DNA from: Zancudomyces culisetae HAW-14-8 | Taxonomy: Eukaryota; Fungi; Kickxellomycota | NCBI GenBank assembly: GCA_052426225.1 | Contig: JBNJNM010000012.1 | Coordinates: forward strand, 1,364,001-1,428,000 | Reading direction: 5' to 3' | DNA length: 64,000 bases | Shown: piece after piece, positions 13,301 to 22,558 of the stretch | Layout of the letters: each line of letters opens with the position of its first letter | Numbering within the stretch: position 1 is the first letter of the stretch | Translations under genes and position numbers: made by a program | Notes under the pieces: generated by a model | Databases searched by the model: none | What the model saw: the letters and a program-made list of their open reading frames with translations, nothing else | What the model was told of the DNA's origin: nothing

Positions 13301-16042
13301 AATGGTGGAAAAACCGAGAACAAACTACCGACTACGACTCTAGTAGAATATGGAGTTTCTAAACATCCAAAACAATTGATAAAAGCAAAGCTAGTAGTTG
13401 GTAATTTTACTAATGTTATGAGTACACTAAACCAGAACGAGAGAGAAAGTAGAGGAAATTCCAACATAAAAAAGGGTGGTCAAATAGGTTTATCAATTAG
13501 GGAAAGAGGAATGGTATGGATAAACGATATTATTCAGGTGTTTTTATCAAGTTTTCTACCAATGACTCATTTCGAAAAGAGTTTTACTGTAGCGTTGGAA
13601 GACCAAAGTAAGTGTTATGCTGCTGGTAACAAGGAAAACCAAGATGATGATATTGCTGCCATCAACGGTAGTTTGTTAATGATGGGAGAAAATGTTGGTG
13701 CTAATGTTGGTGCTAATGCTGATGCTGGTGCTAATGCTAATGCTGGTGCTAATGCTGGTAGCTACACAGAAATCAAAAAAAAGCCAGCGCTGGTACTTGG
13801 ATATGACCATAACCAGATTTTCACTACGGTTTATTCCAACACTGATTCAGCGCTAAGAAGTATAGATCTGACTGTACGGTCACAGTTTGGTAAAAATACT
13901 GTGTATATGTATAACACTCTGCAATCCAACTTAAATCCGTATTCAAAATACTTGAATCAACCTGAATTCCAACCCTCATCCAAAATCAATATCCAAGATT
14001 CAACTCAACACCAAACACAGGAGCCAAGTACATTTACAACTACTTTTGACTGTCAAGATAAATCTCCCTATAATATTATTCCAAACAATAAAAATAAGGA
14101 CACAGGTGTCAATGTCAATGGGACGAAGATAGAGCCTGTAAATGCTGAATTACCCAAGGTCAGGGAAATCAAACCCAGTGGGATAGACTGGGACTATTAT
14201 TTGGAACTCAATAGCATAGATTCTGATGTTCAAAAGTTAGTTTCTCAGACAAAAACACGAGTCAATAATTATTATTCAGCTCTATACCCAGACCGACAGA
14301 ACTCACCTTTGTCAACTACTGCGACTCCACCAAATGACATGGGTCCGGGTACCCCAAACCCATCTGCCGTATCAGAACAACAAGATGCTTCTAACACAGA
14401 ACCATCGGCTCTGTCAGGTCCGGATATAAATACAGATAACTCGGTTATTCCTATTTCTGGTGACAAAAACAGTGGTAATCCGAACATGATACCAGCACAA
14501 CATAGCGTTGGTGAAAATGATACGAGTATTAGTGATGATGGTAGTGATGGTGGTAGTGGTGGTGTGGTTGGCAGTACTAAGAAAAATATAAAGCCTAATA
14601 GTAGAAACCCATTCGCATATGAGAACTTTCGAGCGCTCATAAGACACTTTGAGTTGTTTGATTTGGTGGATGCTTTAATAGGCAGTAATAGTGCTAGTAA
14701 AGTAGCCCAACTCAGACAGGAAAACGATGGTAATGATGATGATGGTGATAATGATGGTGATGGTGATGGTGATAATGATGGTGATGATGATGATGAAAAT
14801 AAATATACTGAGTCTGGAAAAGTTAAAACTGGAATCAGAAGTAGACTGGAAATCACGAGAAAAAACATTCTTGCGGGAATTTCAGAACTTGGCAGTGCTA
14901 GTAGTGAGGGTGAATGTGATGGTCAAGGCGATGGCCAGGGTGGAGGTCAAGGTGAAGGTGAAGGTCAAGGTGGAGGTGAGGATAGTGATGACGTTTTTGG
15001 TATTGATGGTGCTCTCGATGACGAAAATATTGAACACGCTCCATACATTAGGCTTCGCAAAAAGCTTAGGTTAAAAATCCAACCAATACGACTTAGTGAG
15101 CAACTGGTAAAGGATCTACAAGCACTGGACAGGATGGCATCACGAGAGCAGATCAAAATTGGACTATTGTATGTGCAGCCCAAGAATCAAACAAATGCAG
15201 AGGAGATTTTGGCAAATGAGATTCAGAATACGACCAACACGTATCGAGATTTTATAACGCGGTTTGGGAGGTTTGTAGACTTAATGACGTTTGAGGGATA
15301 TGTTGGTAAGTTGAGTAATAAGCCACTGGTTGCAGTGGGTGATAGTTATGATGGTGGAGGTGAAGGTGAAGGTGGAGGTGCGGATGGTAGATATACTTTG
15401 TATTTTGATACGCCATCCGAAGAAGTATGTATTCATGATGCAACGTTGATGCCGAGTAACCGGGTAGATGATCCAAAGTTGATTAGCAAAAAGCGGCATA
15501 TTGGCAATGATTTTGTTCATGTTGTGTGGAATTCACATGCTTCGTTTCCGTACCGACCAGAGACAATCAGTGGAGATTTTGGTAATGTTGTGATTATAAT
15601 CAGTCCGCTGACTGCCAACAATAGCACTTACACTACTACTACTAGTAGCAATAGTAGTAATAGTAATAGCACCAACAAAAGTATAAAGACGTCTCCTAGT
15701 CAACAACAACAACAGCAACAACAACATCAACAACAACAACAACGACATACAAGTGCGATTAAAACAACCGAAAAATATACACCCAGGTTTGGTATCCGAA
15801 TATTCCAGCTTCCCCAAATCGACTCATTTGGAGGACTAGTTGATGGAATGGTTGTGGATATGCCCACACTTGTGCGGCTGTTACGAACTAGTGTTATAAA
15901 GGCTCACAGACTTGCATTGTACGCACTGATTCCGACTGTGCAACACCCCGTGACGTTGCGCCACACAGCAATCCGGACATTGATTGATCGACATAAACAG
16001 GATATGTTTGATTTGTTGACACAACTTGATCCAGTGGAGTGA
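7310..16042 (+). CDS. Ral GTPase-activating protein alpha subunit-like (C-terminal Rap/Ran-GAP domain), 2910 aa, single exon
   Basis: C-terminal KIGLLYV...EILAN...KKRHIGNDFVHVVWN...GDFGNVVIIISPL (Asn-thumb GAP motif); N-terminal VPYKLGKGWKKAEILEVLKLLLNQGNNMELRVFGFKLLL resembles the RalGAPA N-terminal motif rather than tuberin. Confidence 0.85.
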   Translation: MKSIIKQKNTTKKRYDHPEYEKLLDSERFLTKCRESCNLEHVKQQNYMYISRGVGEKLHEMETNKEKKKYYEERDWITKKTGIAAEVRRRRVHAYKKYLGFLEFIEFLSENEAVYVYIVYSEEIFEVVYARILEVLKYIDTDEGDKIIAVVESRIQDLIEAVGNLRNLFYFVPYKLGKGWKKAEILEVLKLLLNQGNNMELRVFGFKLLLQYINCISFGSITNEEKKEADDEKGVRVKSKDRLKHNIKESLFEDVEALFNSSIIIKSFEESEIWKHTTVVGDAAMSIAERKQEFNFGYGQEMIVSKLFGGKSVCGFISDSELWVSSQSLTSTLMLKMIFENIVFLSTGFKSKDASILASMHEDCLLKGEWRDRGGLIFNGAGKGKWNYKYLLNKEEVENSTKRIINMVSAKYLSGFLARRSQEGGDVIGEIPFIVMNMMADHVYECMLESRLEKNVLSKVVGGQGFLEVPLQENNKFNCKKIRKNYFTENAVMSKFLRTISTEILRMSATKLQKYMEVGDDARKAIEKQISDTRFASLLIMYRALKLSNPYLNSAGAKGWHDTMVEYMVVIRGFLLILIDELDAKNGSFSMEKLSQYYICIMIFRIIWINRLLPIEFKINECLELIKIGKVLADKGINDERMTLLMEVLAEETIILSTGGGSKEMSDQVYKMLKELLAKSQSNVAVYNVWSNTLESLTLAVAKHCYKVDELELIQDCFFPGTRRKGGVKALRRELDISYHKLLLEMQNSGGNGGKQDNSGIFRADMYKNYSVGGENADTRAAGDKNNDNGYGYEAVAPFSLFSKKSMCAVVKIVEDCYKKRKIPVESKMVVNDDEIIIYERVGGGVGIYQKGMCEHKSHLQVRGDDTQGEDTGEDEYSHNVKNKSAAIQKKQSLSQKKNRNQQEGQYCNEAGEYYYENGSGAETGQEPSREKSSENEPVAVHDNGNFRNIWDVEDIGDINIVEFSSNYHMYFMCGVHYDSGEEYYEKDDGDGYEENSINNIPGESRKYDQEANKSRMGNKKKRKNRKMIVDFSRKKIIAEMSDGSNLVAQRKRNEEYLKGELLNSISSGIIDERNGTFIPFIVPTGKYSEIYDLVMGVADNETQCDKCRKSKSIKNNEALAILIGLWDKWWQLVTVGNTIRSVGVDNNARLIIVRGLVRAWRIVTCGLDRVDYSNTQLVDFIKHKMGVDLRVRYSHLIFNEIERINNNVILMGFPQSGSLYNNENANLDYKKNLVQSLIQGVSLVFGRSYHNEYPIPVMFQAYYSKLTLKMLLLYLEKLEYFKKTFTKLTAIKNSKSDLVVDNSGYDVKHGANSITTITSDIDTAGAVKDIDTGINTKNTKKDGGINNVENADTSAELDLESNKNYVMVRYIMQVLLESLESIYVHDVPGNEILLHTLCMVVTSQYTDDIKISPRLLTSILTLLGTILTTISTANISNPVGSDRVGQGSCESIEDEYVLFNKNYPVAKLVQKNTNVSERNTGNDSNNSNNDNKRVEAMNIEVKVEYKLINIKHEYESVAYKVCEKLDSINCELFSMYYAPKEIDSSSRFATGKDSRRKFTSSNVNFSGDRNGGDISKNCESRKDKRQKLRQAKRHELLAAKRGLLKILGYIIMLTVKVNKAVVANVQGVKGNSNGTAKPPDVLHTGKSRLAPITFIKRLVVDPEGIFEDLIDTEDIREDNEEKKQEKKREIEERESETVDIKRYALFLALEGLYSMDTECVGISIDTIGLVLDVQRYSLSSHANKSENNDQKNVYGDENTNSNVLDDEEEFEPSTVDIICRHIVSSFDEQLKRFYYYTLKNPNNSDYFLYNEVESEGENYGDDYGEGGGEGDGDGGINGSGVDSETGLKIDDLRLKRAKVACDLLLLLLGILKAKPRYLALAVEDAEMQSLGRAQNQNKNKNQNQKHSQYIKSTDGFRGNNKASNNIYEKTVCGENVSLFDMLISSFTFKFENDPDPIIFTAGKLNNKKTKDTGEDIHIVHGYKLEKSRNSRKNASKNGGKTENKLPTTTLVEYGVSKHPKQLIKAKLVVGNFTNVMSTLNQNERESRGNSNIKKGGQIGLSIRERGMVWINDIIQVFLSSFLPMTHFEKSFTVALEDQSKCYAAGNKENQDDDIAAINGSLLMMGENVGANVGANADAGANANAGANAGSYTEIKKKPALVLGYDHNQIFTTVYSNTDSALRSIDLTVRSQFGKNTVYMYNTLQSNLNPYSKYLNQPEFQPSSKINIQDSTQHQTQEPSTFTTTFDCQDKSPYNIIPNNKNKDTGVNVNGTKIEPVNAELPKVREIKPSGIDWDYYLELNSIDSDVQKLVSQTKTRVNNYYSALYPDRQNSPLSTTATPPNDMGPGTPNPSAVSEQQDASNTEPSALSGPDINTDNSVIPISGDKNSGNPNMIPAQHSVGENDTSISDDGSDGGSGGVVGSTKKNIKPNSRNPFAYENFRALIRHFELFDLVDALIGSNSASKVAQLRQENDGNDDDGDNDGDGDGDNDGDDDDENKYTESGKVKTGIRSRLEITRKNILAGISELGSASSEGECDGQGDGQGGGQGEGEGQGGGEDSDDVFGIDGALDDENIEHAPYIRLRKKLRLKIQPIRLSEQLVKDLQALDRMASREQIKIGLLYVQPKNQTNAEEILANEIQNTTNTYRDFITRFGRFVDLMTFEGYVGKLSNKPLVAVGDSYDGGGEGEGGGADGRYTLYFDTPSEEVCIHDATLMPSNRVDDPKLISKKRHIGNDFVHVVWNSHASFPYRPETISGDFGNVVIIISPLTANNSTYTTTTSSNSSNSNSTNKSIKTSPSQQQQQQQQHQQQQQRHTSAIKTTEKYTPRFGIRIFQLPQIDSFGGLVDGMVVDMPTLVRLLRTSVIKAHRLALYALIPTVQHPVTLRHTAIRTLIDRHKQDMFDLLTQLDPVE

Positions 16043-16153
16043 TTTATTTATGTTTATATTTAGTGTTATACTTTGTGGTTATTACAATAATTAGTAAATA
16101 AATAAATAAAGATATAATAAAGAGAGTGAAAATAAGAAAGAAGCGAGAGAATT

Positions 16154-19100
16154 TTAGGTTACATATTCAAATTCAGTATCATTAACGTTGACATTGGTAG
16201 AAGACTCACAACGAGCGACGTAATCACGATCAATGAGCGAATCAAGACGAGATTTAAACAGTTGGAAATCAACAAGATGGTTGGAAGAAGAGGAATTGGA
16301 TGTGGACGTGGATGTGGATGTGGATGTGGAAAGAGAATGAGAAACACTTTGGGAGACCAGATCGAGCAAAGAAGAAAACGATAACTTGCGAAACTGTTTT
16401 AAAACACGAACGATGGCAGCATCAAGGGAGTAGATTGAGCCAGGAGGATGTGGTTGTGATTGTGATTGTGAGTTTTGATTGTGTTGTTGTGGTTGAGACG
16501 AGTCAGATTTCTCAGCGAGGAGTAAAGGATTTGTAATCGGGTTTGAAAGCTTTTGGCGCTTTCTTGGTTCAGAATGAATAGAAAGAAAAGGTAAGCCTTG
16601 TTGATTAGAAGAGGCAAAAGGTAAAAACGGAGGAATCTTGAAACGAAACTGATTAACAAGATGTGGTTGCGAAGTGTTTTCGGCAAAGAGCTGGTCAAGA
16701 CAATTCTGATTGAAGCAGTATACAGGATGGTCAGAAGATTCATCATCATTAACCAAAATTGTAGCCAATAGTTTGATTTTCCCATTGGCCAAAATATCCA
16801 ATGCCGAATTAACCATTGATAGCCGAGCCTGGAAATCATTGTCGTTCTTATCCGATGTATCCAGGTTTTTGCAAATCTGTAAAGCACTCAGCTCTTTATT
16901 TTTCTTTGTGGTGAATTGGACAAGAATCGAAGCCATCAAATGCGAGACTACAAACTCACGTTTCCCATACTTTTCAAACGTCGTAGAAATCGTCGCTGTA
17001 CCAAAATTAGACAGAAAAGTCAGTTTGCGACCACTGTGGACGTGGTCAACATAAAAGGAACGGAACTGGTCAAGCTGAGCCGAAATTGATGATGGATACT
17101 TGTAATCAACATTAGTATTGTTGGTAAGAGTGTTCTGTTTATATACTGATTTGCTGTTGTTGTTGTTGTTGCTGTTACTGTTACTGTTACTGTTACTGTT
17201 ACTGTTGCTATTGTTATTTGCAGTTATGTGGGAAGGCCAAAAATTTGAAGTCAAAACCAAAATCGAATCTAGCAATAGCGGAAGTTTACTACTTTTATCA
17301 ACAATTTTTTGCTCTTCTTTTTGTTTATTTCTAGTTGTCTTTACCCGCTGGTTTTGACTGGTATCTTTAAACTTGATACAAAACTGTTCATACAACTGGT
17401 TGGACAATACAATGTCACGCAACATTCCCTCTAGTTTGTTGGTATAGTCAGCCCCACACTCAGTACGCAGTTTGTGTAACATCAATCTCTCATCCTCTCT
17501 ACTTGCTGACCGGCCGTTAATCAGCCGCCTTGCCATGTTTATTTTGTAATACTCTTCGAATTTTTGCTTGTTATTTAGCATCCTAAATAACTTTATTACC
17601 TTGTCAAACTCCGCATCTAAATATCCTGCTGCATCTTCCTTTTTCTTGCTGCTTTTTACATCACCATTTCCTTCTTCTCCCTTTGAAATTTCTCTGCTAT
17701 TTGCTGGTTTGATCCGCAGTTTTTCATCAAGATACTTTGCCATATAATATGCTATTTTGTCTCCTTGCATATTGATTATGGTTTCGAATCCTTCAGCTAT
17801 CACATGTCCCATTTTTTCTTCGCTTTCAAAACTGATCCTGTAAACCCTGCTCAACCGCTCATTCATCTCCATCAGTTCTTGTATTATCCTAATCTCCTCC
17901 TGTCTGTTACTGCCACTAGCATCTATGGTTGCTGTTGGCACCACTGATCCTTCAATAATAATCTCCTTTCCTCGAGTTAGTATATACTCCAATACTCCCT
18001 TATTAAATTCTTGCTGTTTCGCTACACACTTCATCGTTTTATACACTCTCTTTATTAATGCTTCTGGTTGCAATCCAGGCTTTAATTGTATCTCTCCACC
18101 TGTACGCTCTGGGGTGGCTTGCTTAACACTTTCTAAAAGTCCTCGCATTCCACTTTGCACTATTTTCCCTGCCTGTGCTTTTACCATTCCGTTCATCACA
18201 AGCCTTTCTATTCTTTCTCGGTAATACTTTTCTTTTCTACCTTCTTGCCCACCACCAAACTCGCCGGTGTTTTTGGTATGTTTGCTTTGCCTGTAGTACC
18301 ATTCCCCCACTCGTTCTTGCTCTTGTCTGATTTTACTCTCCACCCTATTCAAGTATTTCTCTATGCTTTTGCTTGGAATGGTTGTTTTGACTTGCTGTGG
18401 CTTTGTTTGTGATACTGGCTCAAGTTCTACTAGTTGCGCTATCATTTTCTCTCCATATTCTATATAGTACTCTTCACTCTGTCGTATTATTCTACTTTCG
18501 ATTTTTGCCCCCCGCTCAAAATCGTTCATCTCTACAAACAATTCCACAACTTGGTTGATTTCCCTCTCCTTGTACAAATTTTTCTTCTTACTCGTATCTA
18601 CCTTTACTTCGTGCTCTTGTTGTTTTTCTATTTGTCCAGCACCATCTTTATTTTCTTTTTCCAACTCTTCTTCTTGCTGCTGCACCTGCTTGCGTTGTTG
18701 AGAAATTGCCCGTAACAATTCATCTATCAGCCTATCAGCCAGCTTTCCATCCCCCACCTTGTATAATCTTGCCTTTAGAATTTGCATGGCCTTGCCCCAT
18801 ATCCCACCACTACCACCACCTAAATCGCCACCATTATTCTCTTCAGCTTCTATATTGATTGTTTTGTCCAAATACAAAAACATGCAAATAATCTTTGCTA
18901 CTTTGGTCTTGAAATCTAAATAGAGTCCGGCTATTTGCTTCAGCACTTGTAGTTGCTGTGTATCTTCACCTCCAGCATGTAAAGTTTCGGGTCTTGCAAA
19001 CAATGCGACTTCAGCGTTCGATACTTGTTTTTCAATATACTTCCGAATCTCATCTACCACCTGCGTATACAATTCAACACCACGATCCCGCTTACATATT

Positions 19101-19444
19101 ATCTCACATTCCCTGTATATCTCCTCAAATCTTCTATCAAGAATCGCTTCTGGTGCTCCAGTTTCGTCCACCATCTCCACATCCCTTTCCACTAAACCAA
19201 TCTCTTCGACTTGCATCATTTCTCCCTGTCCCACCTGTTGTTGTGGTGGTCGTGATGATTTCAGTTGGCTACTCTGTTTTTTTTGTTGTGATTGCTCCGA
19301 TTTTTGCCCCAGAATCGTCTTTACCACAGTTACCAGGTGTTGCAGTATTTCCTGCTCGTACCCCGCCGTTAACGTGGCCGCTTCAAAGACCTCTTGCTGT
19401 ATGATTTTGATTTCGAGCTTCTGCCCCCGCTGGCTCCAATCCAT
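16154..19444 (-). CDS. Cullin, CUL4-like
   Basis: MFLYLDKT; FEEYYKINMARRLINGRSAS...LRTECGADYTNKLEGMLRDI; HSGRKLTF; neddylation domain DAAIVRVLK...SRLDSLIDRDYVAR. Confidence 0.9.
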   Translation of the reverse strand: MDWSQRGQKLEIKIIQQEVFEAATLTAGYEQEILQHLVTVVKTILGQKSEQSQQKKQSSQLKSSRPPQQQVGQGEMMQVEEIGLVERDVEMVDETGAPEAILDRRFEEIYRECEIICKRDRGVELYTQVVDEIRKYIEKQVSNAEVALFARPETLHAGGEDTQQLQVLKQIAGLYLDFKTKVAKIICMFLYLDKTINIEAEENNGGDLGGGSGGIWGKAMQILKARLYKVGDGKLADRLIDELLRAISQQRKQVQQQEEELEKENKDGAGQIEKQQEHEVKVDTSKKKNLYKEREINQVVELFVEMNDFERGAKIESRIIRQSEEYYIEYGEKMIAQLVELEPVSQTKPQQVKTTIPSKSIEKYLNRVESKIRQEQERVGEWYYRQSKHTKNTGEFGGGQEGRKEKYYRERIERLVMNGMVKAQAGKIVQSGMRGLLESVKQATPERTGGEIQLKPGLQPEALIKRVYKTMKCVAKQQEFNKGVLEYILTRGKEIIIEGSVVPTATIDASGSNRQEEIRIIQELMEMNERLSRVYRISFESEEKMGHVIAEGFETIINMQGDKIAYYMAKYLDEKLRIKPANSREISKGEEGNGDVKSSKKKEDAAGYLDAEFDKVIKLFRMLNNKQKFEEYYKINMARRLINGRSASREDERLMLHKLRTECGADYTNKLEGMLRDIVLSNQLYEQFCIKFKDTSQNQRVKTTRNKQKEEQKIVDKSSKLPLLLDSILVLTSNFWPSHITANNNSNSNSNSNSNSNSNNNNNSKSVYKQNTLTNNTNVDYKYPSSISAQLDQFRSFYVDHVHSGRKLTFLSNFGTATISTTFEKYGKREFVVSHLMASILVQFTTKKNKELSALQICKNLDTSDKNDNDFQARLSMVNSALDILANGKIKLLATILVNDDESSDHPVYCFNQNCLDQLFAENTSQPHLVNQFRFKIPPFLPFASSNQQGLPFLSIHSEPRKRQKLSNPITNPLLLAEKSDSSQPQQHNQNSQSQSQPHPPGSIYSLDAAIVRVLKQFRKLSFSSLLDLVSQSVSHSLSTSTSTSTSTSNSSSSNHLVDFQLFKSRLDSLIDRDYVARCESSTNVNVNDTEFEYVT

Positions 19445-19903
19445 TTTTGTTTTTTTATTTTCCCTTTGAAGCTCTGATTTGTTTTAATTTGTTTTAATTT
19501 ATTTTTATTTATTTATTTTTCAATCTGTAGGAAATCTATTTCAGAATATATTACCTTGAAGTCGATTTATTCTCAATTTCTAGTTGTTATTTATTTTTCA
19601 TTCATTTGTCTTGGTAAACAAAAGCTTGTAAAAAAAATAAAAGAGTTTCCATTAGTTTGAAAATACCAACACCTTTTATCGTTTATCATTACTTCCCCAC
19701 CACACCCAGATTCTGCCCCCACCCCCAGTCCCACCCCCACCTCCACCTCCACTTCCTCCCTCTCCAGATCATCATATAAATAACAGCCATTCAAAATTTA
19801 AAACGATTTATAATCCCACAAGAACAAGAATTTCATTTAACTTTATTCCATTTATTGCACCATAATAACAAAACCACCTCCAAAAATATATATGGATTTA
19901 TAT

Positions 19904-22390
19904 TTAGTAAATACAATGCTTAAATATCTTTTTGATCTTCCCATTGAGTTCAATAAACATTAACTTTTTAGTAATATCAAGTCCGCTGTTCAAACCACCA
20001 CCACCACTACCACTACCACTATTACCATGACCATGCTCAGATTTGTGATTGGACTCGGTTGTTCCCAGTACAGTCTCACCACCCGCAGCTGACGTTGTCT
20101 TGAAATGGAATTTTAAATTGGGTCCTTTAAAACTTCCATTGTGGTGGTGTTGATGTTGATGTTGATGTTGGTTTTGATTTTGATTTTGGTTTTGGTTTTG
20201 TAAATGGGAGTGAGAATGTGAATGTGAATGTGAGTGGGAATGTGAGTGGGAATGGGGGTGGGATTGAGGTTGAGAGTGTTGGGAATGGTCGTGATTACGA
20301 TCATGCTTTTGATCATGTTGTTGGTGTTGTTGGTGTTGTTGTTGATATTGTCTTTGTACCAACTTGTTGTAGTATTCGTTGTTAACTTTTATTCCAAAAG
20401 TACCGAACCCATTACCGCTACTTCCAGTTTTATTTTTGTCATTGTTATTTTTGGAATGAACACCAAACAAATCCTCAAATTTAACTACATGTCTTATATC
20501 ATTAACTTGATGCAGCTTGACATTTTTGGATTCATTAAAACTGGTTGGAATAAAGATAGGATGGTGGATTCTATGTATTTTTTCAGTGTAATGTAGATTA
20601 TGGTGTGGATTCTGATTTGCACTTAAACGTGCATCAACGCCAGCACTACCACCAGCATTAGCAGTAGTACTGGTTTCTGGATGTCCAGTCGCCAGAGTTG
20701 CTCCATGTTTGGGCTTGGTGGTCAATTTGGATTTGGCCTTGTATTTTATTCCCGATACACGAAGCCCAATTATTTCGTCCTGGATGACTCCGATACCATC
20801 AATAATCAACTTGACGTTATTGTTTCCAAAATGAATATCAAGATCCTGCACACTTTCGGCATCAATGTCAATAGTGTCAACGGCATTTCTGATACTTGTT
20901 CCGACAGCAGCTTGAGGATCATGTGGTGCTGAGGATCCTTTAAATCCCCTCTTGTTTAATAACCTCTGCTTTGTAAACTCAACCAATTCTTCGTTCGCGG
21001 AGTTGTCCTTTTCACTATTTCCACCTCGGCTACTATAAAAGCTATCGAATCTATTCATGATTCCCAAAAACAAGTGGTATCGTTCCATATTTATCCAATT
21101 GTTACCCCACCACACCGTCGTATCTTTAGCCTTTTGGTCACCTTTATGCCCTTTGATTTCCACTGTTTCGGCATTTTCGGCCATCAATTGATTCTGTGAT
21201 GCTGCAGGAGTTTGAAGTGTGGTGAAATCAAACAACGCTTCTAGTGCCAACTTGTCTTTATGATCGATTTCAATGGCAGTGTAGATATATTTTTTACCAA
21301 CATGTAAAGGAATGTCATCTCTATTCCTCCTGCTAGAAGCCATATTGGTCTTTGGGTATTTATTCCTATTCCCCACCAACCTATCACCACTAACACTACC
21401 ACTACTGCCTTTGTGTTTATCATCCATATCTTCAGAATGTGTTGAATTGTGCTTGTCAACCAAGTGGGTTACAAGCTGCAACTCATGCTCTTTGTCCATG
21501 TTGAGTGTAATTTTATCTACCAGATTTACACAAGCAGCTGAGAGTCTACCGGTAGAAACAAAATGTTGATCAAGGTACCTTTGCATACGGGTTACGTGGT
21601 GCTCACGATCGTCATACATTTCCAAAACTGATATCGACTCAAAACAATCGACAATATCGTGGAGTACCTGCATCTTGTAGTCAAAAGTGGGAACTTGAGC
21701 TACTTGTTGCCAGCCATTTTCGCCGCAAGGGTCGTTTGAATTTGAATTTGAATTTGAATTTGAATTTGAATTCGTCTTGACTCTTGAATCTGTGTACCGT
21801 AAACCAGCACATTCCTTCAGAATCACTGCGTCAAATTCCAATCCACGACTAGCCACCAAATCCCGCACCAGTTCATGGTAGATATGATCGGCACGGCCAG
21901 TTAGCAAGATGGTCAGAGTATCGTGTGCATGGTATGCGATTTCCTTCCGTGCAAGGTCTTCAATGGTAGTGATCCAGCGCTGGTCGGGATTGTTCAGGTA
22001 CGGCGCGCTGAGTGTACGTGGTTCTGTAAACCAACCCAGTTGACCCACAAGCTTTCCGACGGTACTTTTGTCCCAAAGATCGATATTTGGGAGTGGAGAT
22101 TTGAAGAGTGTGTTGTCAAAGTCAAAAACCACTAAACGTTTTATCCCCTCCAGCGTCCTTGTATCTGTAGTTGTGCTTGATTCCAAATTGGTTGAACTTT
22201 CATGCGGTTCGTTCTGAACTGCATTTTCGGTCGCCTGTAAGGCTTTTCGTAGCCTTTTGATATCTTTGACGTAAAAAAAGTCGGAGTCGGATTCAGGATC
22301 TTCCCAATTTATAACATCTTTTCTGGTTTGCACTCTTTTTATGGGACTGGTACTTTTGCGTGTTGAGGTTTTGAAGTTGGAAAAATCCAT
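19904..22390 (-). CDS. HAD-superfamily 'Swiss Army knife RNA repair-like' domain protein with His/Gln-rich tail
   Basis: HAD motif I VVFDFDNTLFKSPLPN, motif II ILLTGR, LEFDAVILK, TFDYK, motif IV MYDDREHH. Confidence 0.85.
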   Translation of the reverse strand: MDFSNFKTSTRKSTSPIKRVQTRKDVINWEDPESDSDFFYVKDIKRLRKALQATENAVQNEPHESSTNLESSTTTDTRTLEGIKRLVVFDFDNTLFKSPLPNIDLWDKSTVGKLVGQLGWFTEPRTLSAPYLNNPDQRWITTIEDLARKEIAYHAHDTLTILLTGRADHIYHELVRDLVASRGLEFDAVILKECAGLRYTDSRVKTNSNSNSNSNSNSNDPCGENGWQQVAQVPTFDYKMQVLHDIVDCFESISVLEMYDDREHHVTRMQRYLDQHFVSTGRLSAACVNLVDKITLNMDKEHELQLVTHLVDKHNSTHSEDMDDKHKGSSGSVSGDRLVGNRNKYPKTNMASSRRNRDDIPLHVGKKYIYTAIEIDHKDKLALEALFDFTTLQTPAASQNQLMAENAETVEIKGHKGDQKAKDTTVWWGNNWINMERYHLFLGIMNRFDSFYSSRGGNSEKDNSANEELVEFTKQRLLNKRGFKGSSAPHDPQAAVGTSIRNAVDTIDIDAESVQDLDIHFGNNNVKLIIDGIGVIQDEIIGLRVSGIKYKAKSKLTTKPKHGATLATGHPETSTTANAGGSAGVDARLSANQNPHHNLHYTEKIHRIHHPIFIPTSFNESKNVKLHQVNDIRHVVKFEDLFGVHSKNNNDKNKTGSSGNGFGTFGIKVNNEYYNKLVQRQYQQQHQQHQQHDQKHDRNHDHSQHSQPQSHPHSHSHSHSHSHSHSHSHLQNQNQNQNQNQHQHQHQHHHNGSFKGPNLKFHFKTTSAAGGETVLGTTESNHKSEHGHGNSGSGSGGGGLNSGLDITKKLMFIELNGKIKKIFKHCIY

Positions 22391-22558
22391 TTTAAGTGTT
22401 TAATAGATCATAGATCTTTTCTTAGTTTAAGAAGGACATTGTAAACATTATTAATTTTTTTGATTATGTAAAAGTACAAAGAGAGAGTATTTATACTTGG
22501 AAAAAAAGGGGGGGAGTGAACTCTAGTGTGAAAAATAACAAAAAAAGAAAAAGAAAAA

